Part shown: one piece after another, positions 1-14,383 of the stretch | Layout: every line of letters starts with the position of its first letter | How positions within the stretch are numbered: the first letter of the stretch is position 1 | Origin: the human T2T-CHM13v2.0 reference genome, Homo sapiens | Length of the DNA: 64,000 bases | Assembly (NCBI RefSeq): GCF_009914755.1 | Contig: NC_060927.1 | Reading direction: 5' to 3' (one strand) | Notes under the pieces: generated by a model | What the model was told of the DNA's origin: nothing | Seen by the model: the letters and a program-made list of their open reading frames with translations, nothing else | Database searches by the model: none | Made by a program: the position numbers and the translations under genes

Positions 1-885
1 TGAACATTGCCTTTCAGTAGAATTTCGAGTTGGTTTTTCTGTACTTTCTTTTATCAGAACTTCCTCATTCAAACCTTAAGATGGTTTCTCAGCTTGAACT
101 TGCTTTTAGGACAAATAGGAAAATGGTATAGCTTTGTACCTAAAAAACTGACTTCATCCTTTTATGGGAGGAAAAGATCTATATGCTTCAGAAAGCCAAA
201 GATGTACTGAGAATCTTCACTAAGGCATTTCCTACAGTAAAATTGATGATCGCATCCCAAGCTTGATCAGATGTCATGGCTTTTGTTTTCTTAGACGTTG
301 TCACAATCTAACATAGTCATGTGACTCTAGTGTACTAAGGGCTTTCATGGGTGTTAACTCATTTATTAGACCTAGCATGCACCTGACTTCTTAATTATTT
401 TACAGTTGTTTCTTGGTTTTGATTCTAATTTTTAAAGACACTCACAGTCTGAAAAATAATAATAGTATTGTTACATTTCTAAATGGCTAGCGGCATCTTT
501 TAGCTGATAAGACTGAGTAGCTGGTATAGCCTACATATCACCCAGTTGAATAATTTATTTCAGTACTAAAATCTCATTACCTAAAATGCTCTCAGGAATG
601 TTTCAAAAGTGTCTTTACTCTTTTCTCCCCGCGAGGATGAAACACCCTCAACTTAACGCATCTTAGCTTCAGGCCATCCTGTCTCTTATGCCTTCCCTCC
701 TGATACAGTAGAGGAGCTATTTATCTTCATTCATTTTCCCTCACCTCTTCTCTAAGTGCCCCTCATCCCATGCCTCCTACCCTCTGGAGACTTTACTCTT
801 AATTGTTTGCACCATCTGCCACACATAGTGTTCTTTCTTGGTACACACCAGATTGTGACTCACCCCTGTTTAAAACCTTTCAGAG

Positions 886-1180
886 GACCGGGCACGGTGG
901 CTCACACCTGTAATCCCAGCACTTTGGGAGGCCAAGGCAGGCAGATCACAAGGTCAGGAGTTTGAGACAGCCTGACCAACATGGTGAAACCACGTCTCTA
1001 CTAAAAATACAAAAATTAGCCGGGTGTGATGGCATGCTCTTGTAATCCCAGTTACTCAGGAGGCTGAGGCAGGAGAATCACTTGAACCCAGGAGGCGGAG
1101 GCTGCAGTGAGCCGAGATCGCACCACTGCACCCCAGAGCAAGACTCCATCTCAAAAAAAAAAAAAACAAAAAAAAAAAAA
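886..1180 (+). mobile_element. AluS (Sg/Sq-like) SINE
   Basis: GACCGGGCACGGTGGCTCAC start, dimeric body, poly-A tail; imperfect TSD ACCTTTCAGA/ACCTTTCAAA; ~12-nt deletion near 3' end. Confidence 0.95.
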
Positions 1181-1189
1181 CACCTTTCA

Positions 1190-1680
1190 AAGACATTTCA
1201 TAGCCTTCCACTGGAGTCCTGAAACCATCTCAGGCCTTCATCATCTGGGCCTGCCCGTCTTCTCAGCTCCATTCCTTGCTATACCATCTGCTGTCACCAG
1301 CCCCACCCTGCACTACAGTTACAGCTCTCTTTGAAATTGTCAGATCTCTTAATTTTTAGGGCTTTTATTTACAATGTTTTGTTCTCTCCGCCCAGAACAC
1401 CCTGCCTTCTCATCGCCTCTTAACTCCCCAAGCATTCCCAGAAGTCTCCTTTGACCTTCTGGCCTAGATAAAGTGGCCCTGCCCTGTGCTCTCACATTGC
1501 CAGCATCCTTCTATGGCATCTAATACTCTCACTGTTTCTGTTTAACTAACTGTCTCCATGGCTAGCCTGTAAACCAAGTTACAGCCTGATTTGAGTCTGC
1601 CTTACCAACCAGTCTGTCCCCAGCACAGAGCCTGAAACCAAGTGCAGGTACTCAGTGCTGTTAATGAAAGAATGAAGGAA
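1190..1680 (+). mobile_element. L2 LINE 3' fragment
   Basis: Pyrimidine-rich L2-like body ending CCCAGCACAGAGCCTG...GGTACTCAG...TTAATGAAAGAATGAA. Confidence 0.6.
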
Positions 1681-1931
1681 GGATAACAAATGATATTCAG
1701 AGAAGCAGATATCAGAGACAAACTGGCAGATACAAAGGTCAACCAAGGGTCTAGGAAAAGTGAGTGGCCAAAAGTCTAATCAAAGAAGTCAGAAAACAAG
1801 ACGTCTTTAGCAACCAACAGTGCAAGGCGGGAAGAACAAATCTAAGACAGGCCCTTAGCAATAATGGTAAGCAAACTTGATAATCACATCACTCAATCAG
1901 TCCCTCTCATTCTCATTGTGGGCAAAGTTTC

Positions 1932-2085
1932 CCAGAGTGTTTTAAAGTGTAGTCTAAGGACTACCTGCGTCATGATTCCACATCCCCACTAGCTCTACTG
2001 AATCAGTCTCATGGGTTGAGGCCAGAAATCTGCATTTCAAGCCAGCATTCTAGGTGATTCTTACGCATCCTAAGGTCTTCAGGCT
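1932..2085. mobile_element. MER5A-like hAT-Charlie MITE
   Basis: TACTGAATCAG...GAAATCTGCATTT...TAGGTGATTCTTACGCA core. Confidence 0.7.
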
Positions 2086-3964
2086 GGAACTGGAGACAAA
2101 AACAATAGCTAGTTGACTAGGAAGAACAAGACCAGAAAGCAGATGCCTTTCCCTGATGGTGGTTAGTTCAGCCCTGTGAGCCCCCAGTTGCTTCACATGT
2201 AGTATGTGACTCATGGATAAGGCCACGTTCACCCTGATTCATCTATGATGAGCTAACGCCTAGCTGGCTCGTGGTTGGACCTTAGAAGTTTCAACAAGGG
2301 TCATGTGTACGTGGAGGAGCCAGTGCTTTCACGGCACATTAGTCACAACTCCCACTTAACTTCTCACGGCTGCCTCCCCTTCCCTGTTTGTGGCATGGGC
2401 CAGTATAATCCATCTGTGCATTCTCTCTGGGCAGATGAATATTTAATCAGCAGTGAATAAAACAATATTCCCTTGTCCAGGACCTGGATAAATTGCTAAT
2501 AATAATAACTATCACATCATTCTAAGGGAATACTCCTCTGAGGAAAACAATAATGTCCCGTTTAGCCCCACTGAGACTGTGGTTTTAAAGCCCTAATTTT
2601 GTATTATTGACAAAGAAAAATAAGTAGATATGGCTGGCTCACAAAAGCATCTAGAAAGTTCTATGGCAAAAAAAGAGGTTCACCTGAAATTAGTATTCCT
2701 TGTTTTGATCTTGTGTTCCAAGCAGTCTCATTTTTTCTCCTGGGTTTGGTATATCTTTTTGTCCTTTATGATCATGTCCATAATCTGCCATGCTCAAAAT
2801 GAGTCCAGAATAAACACTCGATTTCTGTTTATCTGCTATTATTTATAGCTTACGGTTATCCTTTACCTTCCTCCCGAGACTCTGTTCTATTGCTGGCCAT
2901 TTGAAGTCAGCGTACTGCACCTTAAATTCCCTATGAACCAGAATATATGTGATGTGGGCAGGAAAAACAATACATATTGCTTTTCCCAGAGTAGTTTGAA
3001 TCAAACCTTTTAGGTGTAATTGAAAACATATTTTTACAAGCAAATAGAGCCAATAAACTAGAAAAACTGTGTGGAAGCACCAAGCCCAGCTTCTCTGGTT
3101 TTTAATAAACTGCAGTAGAGAACCTTAGGAACAGGAAGACATTTACATTCCAACCCGGAATCACGCAGGACAAGTGAGTGTGGTGCGTCACAAGTGCTCT
3201 GTACAGAAAGTTCCAGCGGGGAAAGAAGAGGAAATTCCTAAGGGCACTGTGGCTTTGCATAAGCTCTCCAAAGTCAGTGTAGGGACCTCATATGCCTTTA
3301 TACAGGTGGTATGATTGAAGGGGGAAAGCATGCCTTTTTCTACTTCTGGTCCCAAGACCTGAAATCATGATTATCTTCCTATAACTATTATTTTTTAAAT
3401 ATAGCCATAAAAGAAATATCCTCCTGAGACAGGTCCTTTTCTCAATTGCAGTGACATAACTCCCACCAGATCAGTGGGACATCATCTCCCATCATCGTTG
3501 TTACATCCTTGCAGTCAGCCTAGCCTTTCCAGCCCCTAAAACCGGAAGTCTGTGGTGGTGCAAGGGGGCTGGCAATAGGTAGAAGGATTCTGGGCTGAGA
3601 CTGAATCCTTGGCTTACACTTAATTGTTCTGGCATATGGGCTTCTCCTATAATTTCTCTAGCTATGAATTGGGGTGGACTTATTTACACATTTATAAAAT
3701 GGCACCATTCATTAATCATTAAAGTAAATCACCTGAGGTATAAGAACTAATTAGAAAGCTTAAAATAGAAATAAAGTAAGAGCTTTTTACCCTAGGGCTG
3801 GGGGCAGAACCAATTTCTAAATTATAGGTTTTTACTTTATGTACATGTTAAACTCCAGGGAACATGATCTGGCCCAAATTTGTTTAATAGCTAACCATAA
3901 TGTCACAGGCTTTTACTGTTTGAAAAACAGAGTGGCATGTATAAAAACATCATTTTCAATGTCT

Positions 3965-4150
3965 ATGTCAATTTTTAAAATACACCTCATGCAGTGCTGG
4001 AAAGGGAATGGAAATGGGGTAATGATCATATACTGTTGGTAAGAGGCTAAATTGGCATGGGTGTTAGACGGTGAATTAGTAATTCCACCCTAAGAAGCTA
4101 TCCTTCTCACATGTAAGATAAACGTGCAAAGATGAATATGTATGTCTTAG
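3965..4150 (+). mobile_element. old L1M (L1ME-like) fragment, apparently resuming at ~5440-5630
   Basis: CATATACTGTTGGTAAGAGG...AATTCCAC..TAAG resembles degraded L1 ORF2 end/3'UTR. Confidence 0.45.
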
Positions 4151-4179
4151 GATATAAAAATAATGGTGTTCATCAAAGG

Positions 4180-5532
<1,353 letters not shown>

Positions 5533-5635
5533 TCACTGAAAAGATGCTGTACATATGCATGTATGAACTTGGAAGGATATATTTGATCTATCTTTTGACT
5601 TGAAAAGCAATTTTCATAACAATGTACTTATAATG

Positions 5636-5950
5636 ACTATCAGATTACTAAGGCTAGCACGACAAAATGCAACAAACTGGGTGACTTGCAACAGTTCTGG
5701 AGGCCAGAAGTTCAAGACCAATAGGCCGGAAGGGTTAGTTTCTGTGGAGGGCTGAGAGAAAATATCTGTTCCATGCCTCCACTAGCTTCTGATGGTTTGC
5801 TGGCAATCTTTAGTGCTCTGTGGCTTGTAGATAATGCATCACCCCAATCTCTGCCTTCATCTTCACATGGAGTTCTCCCTGTGTGCATATTTGTCTCTGT
5901 CCCCAAATTTCCCCTTTTTATAAGGACCCCAATCATATTGGAGTAGGGGC
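5636..5950 (-). mobile_element. MLT1 (MaLR) solo LTR, partial
   Basis: CAGTTCTGGAGGCCAGAAGTTCAAGA...CTCTGCCTTCATCTTCACATGG...TTTATAAGGAC typical of antisense MLT1B/C. Confidence 0.85.
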
Positions 5951-6190
5951 TGCTTAAGGAAGAAAAACAATGGTATCTCTGATCCGGATGCATTCTTTCG
6001 ACTTTCTCAAAGATATCATGTTTTCACTCCCGGTAGATGACTCCACTCTGACAAATGCAGGTGTAAAAGGATTTCGGATATTTGATCACAAGTCCTGAGA
6101 ATAATGAGGAATGCTTATAGAGAATGACTAAGTATTCCTCAACAGAGTCAACACCTATTATAGCCCACTCCTTACTTTAAAAAAATAATG

Positions 6191-6369
6191 TTTTTAAATT
6201 TTGTTTTATTGTTTTTTGAGAGGTGAGGTCTCACTCTGTTGTTGCCCAGGCTAAAGTGCAGTGGTGCAATCAGAGCTCACTGCAGCCTCGAACTCCTAGG
6301 CTCAAGCAGTCCTCTCACCTCAGCCTCCCGAGCAGCTGAAACTACAGGTGCAGGCCACCAAGCCCAGCT
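6191..6369 (-). mobile_element. Alu right monomer (FRAM or truncated AluJ)
   Basis: Single monomer; TSD CACTCCTTACTTT (6166-6178) / CACTCCTCACTTT (6370-6382). Confidence 0.85.
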
Positions 6370-7194
6370 CACTCCTCACTTTTACTAACCCGGTGCCAGA
6401 ACAGGGCTCACTCCCTTTGCTGTTTGCTCTAGGGCCTCTCAAAATTGTCGTTTCCTGCTCTATGTTTTGCTAATGTTGGGCTGCAAAATTCAAGCAAATA
6501 CCAGTTGTTTGGGGATTTTTTTTTTAAAGGAATTCTAATCCAAGCGTTAGTGGCAGTGTTTTGTTTTGTCTTTTCGCTGTGGTAAGCTCTATAAATTTAC
6601 CAAATTCCAATGCAAGCTGATGTCTAACTCTTTGACCTTTAAATCATATTTTCCAACAATACTTACTGTCATTTTCCCTATTTAATTGATTTCTGAAATT
6701 ATGAGAAATCTATACTAGAGGAAACAAACTATGAAAGAAAGTAGTGAAGATGGTAAAATTTTTCCCATGGAGAGAGAGAGATCTGCATCCCTTATTGAAG
6801 CCAGGTTTTGTTTTTTGGGGAGAATATTTTTAATCTTAAATTTTTGTAAAATTTCTCCACACATCTAAGAAAAATGATTAATGTAGGTTATTTTTTAATG
6901 CATACTATCTTTGATTAAATCTATGAGTTCTATCAAATTATGTCCTGCCCTACCACTAATAAACTCCCCTACCACAGTTTCCTGCACACAATGGACACTC
7001 CCTCACAATTCATTGATTTGGGGGTTGGGAAGGAGTTCCAACACAAAAGGCCTAACCCTAGTTACCAAATACTCAGTGTGCATAACAGCAACGTTAGCAC
7101 TGAGTCTATCCATGGGACCAAAGTGGAATTTCTAAGTACATTCTCCCATCATAGAAAGGACATGGTTAAACAGAATCCACTGTGCAACTATACA

Positions 7195-7350
7195 ATTGTT
7201 TGTTGTTCACTATTGGTCTTCCCTGACTTGAATGGAAGCTCTCAAGAGCAGGGACTTTGTTTTTGTTCCCTGCTTTCTGTTTCCCCAAGGCCTGGAGCAA
7301 TGCCAGGCACAACTTAGGGCCTCAACTACTATTTGTTGAATGAATTAATG
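7195..7350 (+). mobile_element. L2 3' end
   Basis: GAGCAGGGACTTTGT...ATGCCAGGCAC...ATTTGTTGAATGAAT. Confidence 0.8.
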
Positions 7351-7490
7351 TAACAAGATATTTTTCTCCAATCACAGCTTTCAGACTGGCTCTACTAAGC
7401 CATCTTTTGCTGTCCTTTAATGACATCTTAGGTAGATTCTATAACTTCGTGGTCACTTTCAGCAATTAAAGGCTCAATCCCGTTTAAAAC

Positions 7491-7546
7491 TGCACATGTA
7501 CCCTAAAACTTAAAGTATAATAAAAAAAAATAAAATAAAATAAAAA
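7491..7546 (+). mobile_element. extremely 5'-truncated young L1PA 3' end
   Basis: TGCACATGTACCCTAAAACTTAAAGTATAATAAAAAAA, the terminal ~31 nt of L1PA plus A-rich tail. Confidence 0.85.
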
Positions 7547-8659
7547 CTTCAACCTCAAATTCAATGCAAATCTTTCTTCTCTCCCACCAACAGCTATATT
7601 TGTACCCTGCTCTTTTACTCCTCCTCCCAGCTCAGTGCCCTGTTGCAGATGCTGGGCATGTCCCGACTCTGACATCCCTCTTCCCACTTCCCTGTGTGGA
7701 GACCTAGGTCCTCAAGTGTTTGGGGATGGGAGGGGAGAGAAGAAAGGGACTAGCTTTTTAAAAATTGTATTCAACCTGCTATCTTCAACCTGCTTTCCAT
7801 CGACTGAAGAATCTTAATTGCATAGTATCAACTGGCTGTCAAATATTTATGCATGGCCATGCAGCCCCAGTGCTGCTTCTCTCCAGGACATAAGTGGGAG
7901 TTCTTTGGAGAATGCTGGAGGGAATGAAGGGGAGGAGTGCGCCTCTCCACTGCATTTTTCCTTGAAGCAGAAACTTAGCTTCCAACGTCCTTCAGATGCC
8001 AGGTCCCACCTGCAGCTTCTTGCTCTCTCCTGGGAATTTCAGTCCAGCTACCATCTCTAAAGTCCACTTGACTCCCAAGAAACTCACACATCCTCATCAC
8101 ATCCAAAAGTGGGATGTGAGCTTCTCCATGCTCCCTCATCCCCTTCCATGTTGCCATTTCTCAGACTAGAAGTCCAAGGAGCAGGTGCCAGGCTCTCTCC
8201 TTCTTGCATGTATTCTCAACTCTCACAAGAGAGCTTCTTGCAGCTGCCTGCCTCTCTACTCCCAGCCTCTCACTTGGCTTTGAGAAATAGAAAGTACTCA
8301 CCATCTCCTCCCTCTCACAGAAAAGCTTCTCACCATGATCGCTGACTTCTCTACAGGCAGATGGTTTTAGTCTCCAACTTTCCCCCATCTTTATGTCCTT
8401 TCTCAGATAACATGGAGGAGAGGGAAAGTGTTAGGTGTCTTTGCCATAGGGCTGGTTCTTCTGGGGTCTCTTAGTACATCTACCTTTGGGTATAAGGAGC
8501 GATTGGTGAATCTTTTTAGACTTGATCACCTTTCTGTTTTCAACTGGGACCACACACACCAATTTCAGTGCAACAGGAAAAGTCCCATCAGCATCCAGTT
8601 ACTTATGCCACATAAAATATTGCCTTTTATATTCACTCCTCTCTCAGGGGCTAGCATAG

Positions 8660-9028
<369 letters not shown>

Positions 9029-10059
9029 TGAATTAATTATTGATAGAGCAGTAGGTGCCTGAGATGTTGATCAGAAATTCCAGGCTTCCAGCTGAAATCT
9101 TCTGGAAGAAACCTGTAGGTGTGATGTCTGGAATCCTGATGAAATCTTGGAGACTTCAGACCACTGCATGAATATCTAAACCCCACTCTGAACCTTCACA
9201 AGGTTCTTGGCTGCATGGCTTCCAAGGTGCTCTAATCATCAAAATATCTCCCATGTGAGGAAATAACAGGGACAATATTTTAAAAATTAAATCCATACTT
9301 AGAAGGAAATTAAAAATGAAACTGTTTGATAATGAGACAGTCTTTCATCTCTGCTTGCTGCAAGGTCCTTGAGCTCCTTGAGCTTCAAAATGTCTCAGCT
9401 CCTGGCATCGAATGCCATCAGAATACTGAAGCAGAACATTTGTTGCATAATCCTCCTTCTTGAGATTTGATTCATATCCTGGGTCTTGTCACTGGGTTGT
9501 CTTTCTTCCACACTCAGATAAAGTGGGACAGTTGATATGGTTTTGCTTTCACATTCACAGTTTCACCAACTTTTTGGGATCCTCCTCAAACACATTAGAC
9601 ACATGTATCTGTAATATACATCCAGGGAACAAAAATTTAGACTAGTGTGGAAAGTTAAGGTGGGGGAGAGTGGATTAATCTAATTTTGTTTGTTTCCACT
9701 TTCTGTTGAAATTTGTCTCATATGCTTATACAACCCACTTCCCTCTCTGTCCTTCCTTTGTTCCCTCACTATTAAGGGGTAATATCTACTTTTCTCAAAG
9801 AAATGCTATAGGAACTAAGTAGAAAAATATTTGTGTAATGAACTTTCAAGTTTATGGAAGAAATTCCCTTTGCTCTACCAACAAGTTCTCAAACTAAATA
9901 CATGACATTTGGCAAGCCTTAACCTCTAGTCTTTATTTTCCTTTTCTATCAATACAGGACCAGGATAATTTATTGTCCATTTATTATTTATTCTGCAGCA
10001 TGTTCTGTGGAGAGCATTTATTATATGTTATTATTTTATTTTGTATTCATTATATGTAT

Positions 10060-10215
10060 ATGAAAAGAATAATAATCTGCATTTTGTACATGAAGAAACA
10101 GATTCAGGAAGGTTAAATAACTTGCACGGCATGTGGTTTTGGCTAGTCAATGACAAAACCTAAATCCAAACCCTCATTTATTTAGTTCCAAACCCTAGTT
10201 CTTAACTCCTACAGT
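10060..10215 (-). mobile_element. MIR
   Basis: CATTTTGTACATGAAGAAACAGATTCAGGAAGGTTAAATAACTTGC, antisense MIR core. Confidence 0.7.
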
Positions 10216-11919
10216 TTCCTATCAAATGAGCTCTGAGCTTCCTAAACTATTCCTTTGGGTTCCTTGTTTTGAGCCATGGAACTATTTTATTTTCTTGTAA
10301 GAGGCATCATTAAGCATTTTTTGTTGCTGGTTCCATACGTAATAAAAAATAGCATACCTTAATTTTTGCAACACTTTTGTGTTGTGAGTGATGGAAATAA
10401 AAGAAATATCAGGAAGATTTATCTTCTTTGACCTTAGGACTCAAAAATACTCTACTTAAACAAGTGGGGTTTTGTTGTTGTTGTGTATGTTAGAGATTCC
10501 CTCAGATACAGGTTGTACAGCTTTCCTTAGAAGATCATCTGTCGCTTACAATTAGGAAGAAGAATTTTTCTCTGTCTGATGTGGCTCTCTTCTATTCTAA
10601 CGTATTGTCAGTACTTTAGAGTGAATTTGATCACTTTTTCCTGTTCCTTTCTTAAGACAGGAACTAATAAGACAGGATGCGCTTAAGGGAAGATACAGAA
10701 GTATTGTGTTGAGAAAGCACAAGGAATGTTAATTCTTTCTTGTAATTAGTGTTTCAGTGGTTGTCTGTCTTCACAGATTAAAAATAGAAGAAATAAAATG
10801 TCCATAAATGGGCAGGTGGGTAGCTCAAGTCTTACATAAAAGAAAAACAAGTGCACTTCCTCATTTACTCCTCTTTCAAATAACAAATATTCAGTATCAT
10901 CTCTGCCTAGGTTTTTATCTCCTTGTAGAAATAATGCATAAGAAATTAGCTCCAACTGATAGATACACTGATTTCATAAAAAAAATTATCTAATATGCTT
11001 AATAAGAACTATTTTCTCCATATGAGCTGGACCAGAATGTGAAAAATGTCCATCAGCATTTGAGTTAATAATGATTTTCCTATCAGCTAAGCATTCAGTA
11101 AAAGGGAAGAAATATTTGAAAAGATAACACAGCAAATTTAAAAAAATAGAAATGAGAATTTGTAGACCTCCCTTTTTTTAAACTTTGGCAATGCTATTAT
11201 AAATAGCATTTTTAAAAACTGTCTGGCTAAAACAAAACAAATGTTTCCTGTCAGTGTGGAAAAAGAAATTCCTGACTAAAATTGTGTTATCAGGTTTTCG
11301 GTCCATTTAATTAGGAAAGCTGTTAAATGTCATGCTACATGTCATCAAATGCCCTTTTAAAAAATGATTTCAATTTTTCATAAGTTTATTCCAACTTTTG
11401 TGTTTTCATTATTTAATCCCCCTTGGGGATTTCTTTTAAGTAAAGTCGTCATTTTTACAAGTGAAAAATACACTATTCTTGCCATAACTACACATCAGAC
11501 TTAAAAATATACCAGACTTAAAAAGAATATAGAAACATATCGAAGATCAAGTCATCTTCTAAAACATAATGCCATTTCACATGTATCTTTAATATTTACT
11601 TTTAAGGAGAAAAACTGAGATATGGAAACTACTAGAGCTGAGCTCTAATTAAGTCTAACTCTAATTTTTCACATTAAAAAAACCTGACCCTCAGAACTTG
11701 AATGAAAAGAAGTTTATAAAGTTGGTGGCAGATGATTTCCTTTCTGCAAATCCAGTGAACTTACTTTACTACCATACTGTTCAGAAAAAATTTAATAAGT
11801 AGCTGTATAGTAATATGCCAGGCACAGTATCAGCTTCTGTTGATACAATGATGAATAACACAGGGTGTCAGGTCTAAAGAAGTTAGAATCTAAAGAAGAG
11901 TAAAATAAACAAATTGACA

Positions 11920-12185
11920 AGTAAATTACTGCATAACACATTACTTACAAACTTAACAGCATAAAACAATACACATTTATTATATCGCAGCTTTAGTAGG
12001 TCAGAAATTGGGCATAGCTTAACTGGATCCTCTGCTTCAGGGTCCCTCACAAGGCTGCAATCCAAGGTGTTACTGAAGCTGAGGTATCATCTGAAAATTC
12101 AACTGGAGAAAGATTCACCTTCAAGCCCATATGGCTTTTTAAGACCTTGTCTTAAAAAAATTATATATATATATATATATATATA

Positions 12186-12221
<36 letters not shown>

Positions 12222-12263
12222 CAAAGGGATAATTGGGGGATATGTTAGAATTTATCTGCCACA
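11920..12263 (-). mobile_element. MLT1 (MaLR) LTR, internally deleted
   Basis: TTACTGCATAACA...ACATTTATTAT...GGTCAGAAATT...GGCTGCAATC.AAGGTGT; ends TTAGAATTTATCTGCCACA. Confidence 0.8.
12162..12217. repeat. compound (TA)n(GA)n microsatellite
   Basis: Directly visible. Confidence 0.95.
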
Positions 12264-13504
12264 TAAATTTACAGTAAAACATGATCAATGCTGTGACAGA
12301 GAAAAGCACAGGGGCAGTAGAATCACAGGAGATACACTGTAAACCAAACTAAGGAGGTTGTCATTTGAGTTGAATTTTAAAGAATGAAAACTCATTAGAT
12401 CAATGGAAAAATGAAGGTCATTCCAGACAGGAGCAGGGTCTGTAAATGCATTGAGTCATTAAAAAGCAAGCATTGTTAATGTCTGTAGTTAAATTGGAAT
12501 GGCATAATATCCATTAACTGAGATAATTGAGAAGAATTATGTTTGCTTAGAATCAGCAAATTTTAGAGTTTAAGACTATAAAGGGAGAAACTAAGGCTCA
12601 GAGATAATAGGTCTAGCAAATGATATATATTCAATAAATGATGAATAAATAAATGAATGAAAGAATGAACTGCCTTTGTAGTACTAGAAATGGAATTCCA
12701 CTTCCATATCCTACATAATAACCATATAAGTCAACCTCTATCTCTTTAAGAAAGATAGGAGAGACAAAATTACAAGTGCTAAAGAGATCGACAGAGGGAA
12801 GCTATGTCACAACCAGAACCTGACGGAGCAGAAACAAAGTTTATATTTCATTTCTAATATCTAATTGCCATGGTGTGATCCCTGCTCTTTGAGGGGTGGG
12901 CTTGGGAGGAGAAACTGCTTTATAGATACATAGAGTAATGATGAAATTTTTACAACTAGTTCTCTCACTTCATTCCAGCGGAAAAAATGTTTTCTAGAGC
13001 CTTCTTGAACTACAAAATTCTGTATAATTTCTGACTCAAAAACAGGCAATACATCACCTCCAGGACCCAAAGAAGAGATGGTTTATATTTCTGTAGATTC
13101 ATATCTGACTCAGCATTTTTGCCTTGGTGTGAAATATATACATATTCTTGTATTTAGCTAAAGAGTTTATTTTGCAATGAGGTAAAGACAAGGTAGCATT
13201 AAACTGACACTAGCAGTAATCACTAAAAAGAAAAATATTTTTAAGTAAGAACCATTATGGGAAGTTTTTTGAGCCAAAAATGAATTTAGTAGTAACAGCC
13301 ATATCTCTTTTTTCATCTCAAGTATGTTTGCATGAAATACATTGAATAGAACTACACATTCACGATTCTTCCATTCATGTGAAGTCAGACCTAATAATAG
13401 TCAAATTTAGTCATCCTTTGCTAGGTTGATGAGTAAACATACTTGGAACCAGTTTTTTGGAGAGAAAGCTGGTGAGTCTTAGAGCCTGTAAAGATACCCT
13501 TTTT

Positions 13505-13880
13505 CTTATTATTAATATTAGTTTTGATTGATAAATCATAATTATAAACATTTATGTGGTACAATGTGATTTTTTGATATATGTATACAGTGTGGAATGA
13601 TTAAACCAAAATAATTAACATACCCATCACTTCATTTAGTTGTCACTTTTTGTGGTGAGATATTTGAACTTCGCTTTCTTAGTTATTTTGAACTATACAA
13701 CACATTGTTATTGAAAATAGTCACCCTGCTGTACAGCTAATCTCAAAACCTCTTCCTCCTGTCTGTGCCCTTTTCATCAACAAGCCCTCATTTCCTCCCT
13801 CCCCATACCCTCAGCCCCTGCTAACTATTATTCTATTCTCTACTTGCATGAGTTCAACTTTTTTAGAGTCCACATATATA
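13505..13880 (-). mobile_element. L1MA 3'UTR fragment
   Basis: GGTACAATGTGATTTTTTGATATATGTATACAGTGTGGAATGATTAAA...ATGAGTTCAACTTTTTTAGAGTCCACATATA. Confidence 0.85.
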
Positions 13881-13981
13881 TCTATGGCTGGTTTAAGGTA
13901 CTCCCATTCACTGCCTCTTGAGATGGTGTATTATTTGCCTTCTTTCCTTCCCCAGTTGTAGCACATTCAGGCTCATCCGGG

Positions 13982-14050
13982 GTGTGTGTGTGTGTGTGTG
14001 TTTGTGTGTGTGAATTTGAGTAATGTGTGTGTGTGTTAGAGATGTGTGTG
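13982..14050. repeat. interrupted (GT)n microsatellite
   Basis: Directly visible. Confidence 0.9.
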
Positions 14051-14383
14051 TTGGGGGGGTTATTTAAAAGTATAACTCCTTTCTGCAAATTCTCTATAAA
14101 TCTACAACTGAATCAAAATCCTCAAGGAAAAAAATTTTTAAAAGAATATGGAGCATGAACTAATGGGAAGGAAGATGATCTCAAAGGAATAGGAATAAAA
14201 TTATTAAAACAAATATGAAAAATACAAGTAACAAGTAAGATTATGTGATTTCAAAACATTGTTTGAGAGGACTGTAGAGAAGATAATTCTTCAGATGTGG
14301 TAAGGCTCAAAAACATTTTTTAATGTCTTTGATGAGAGGATGTTCTAAGGTAGAAAACTTAATGCTCTTGATATGTACATCAG

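Larger units (their letters stand above)
11780..12480 (-). mobile_element. L2 fragment interrupted by MLT1
   Basis: ATATGCCAGGCACAGT...GATACAATGATGAATAA before the LTR; CATTCCAGACAG / TTTGAGTTGAATTTTAAAGAATGA after. Confidence 0.55.

Noticed and set aside
1-560. Possible 3'UTR-like unique sequence at window start
   Set aside because: No canonical polyadenylation signal or upstream exon visible; gene identity cannot be supported
6940-7317. 125-aa ORF; likewise 20828-21199, 39485-39808, 51208-51576, 54408-54728
   Set aside because: No recognisable domain or exon structure, several run into L2 or other repeats, and lengths are expected by chance in 64 kb
11496-11524. Short direct repeats (CAGACTTAAAAA x2; similar at ~9367, ~26474, ~29225, ~61512)
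   Set aside because: Ordinary slippage micro-duplications with no further structure
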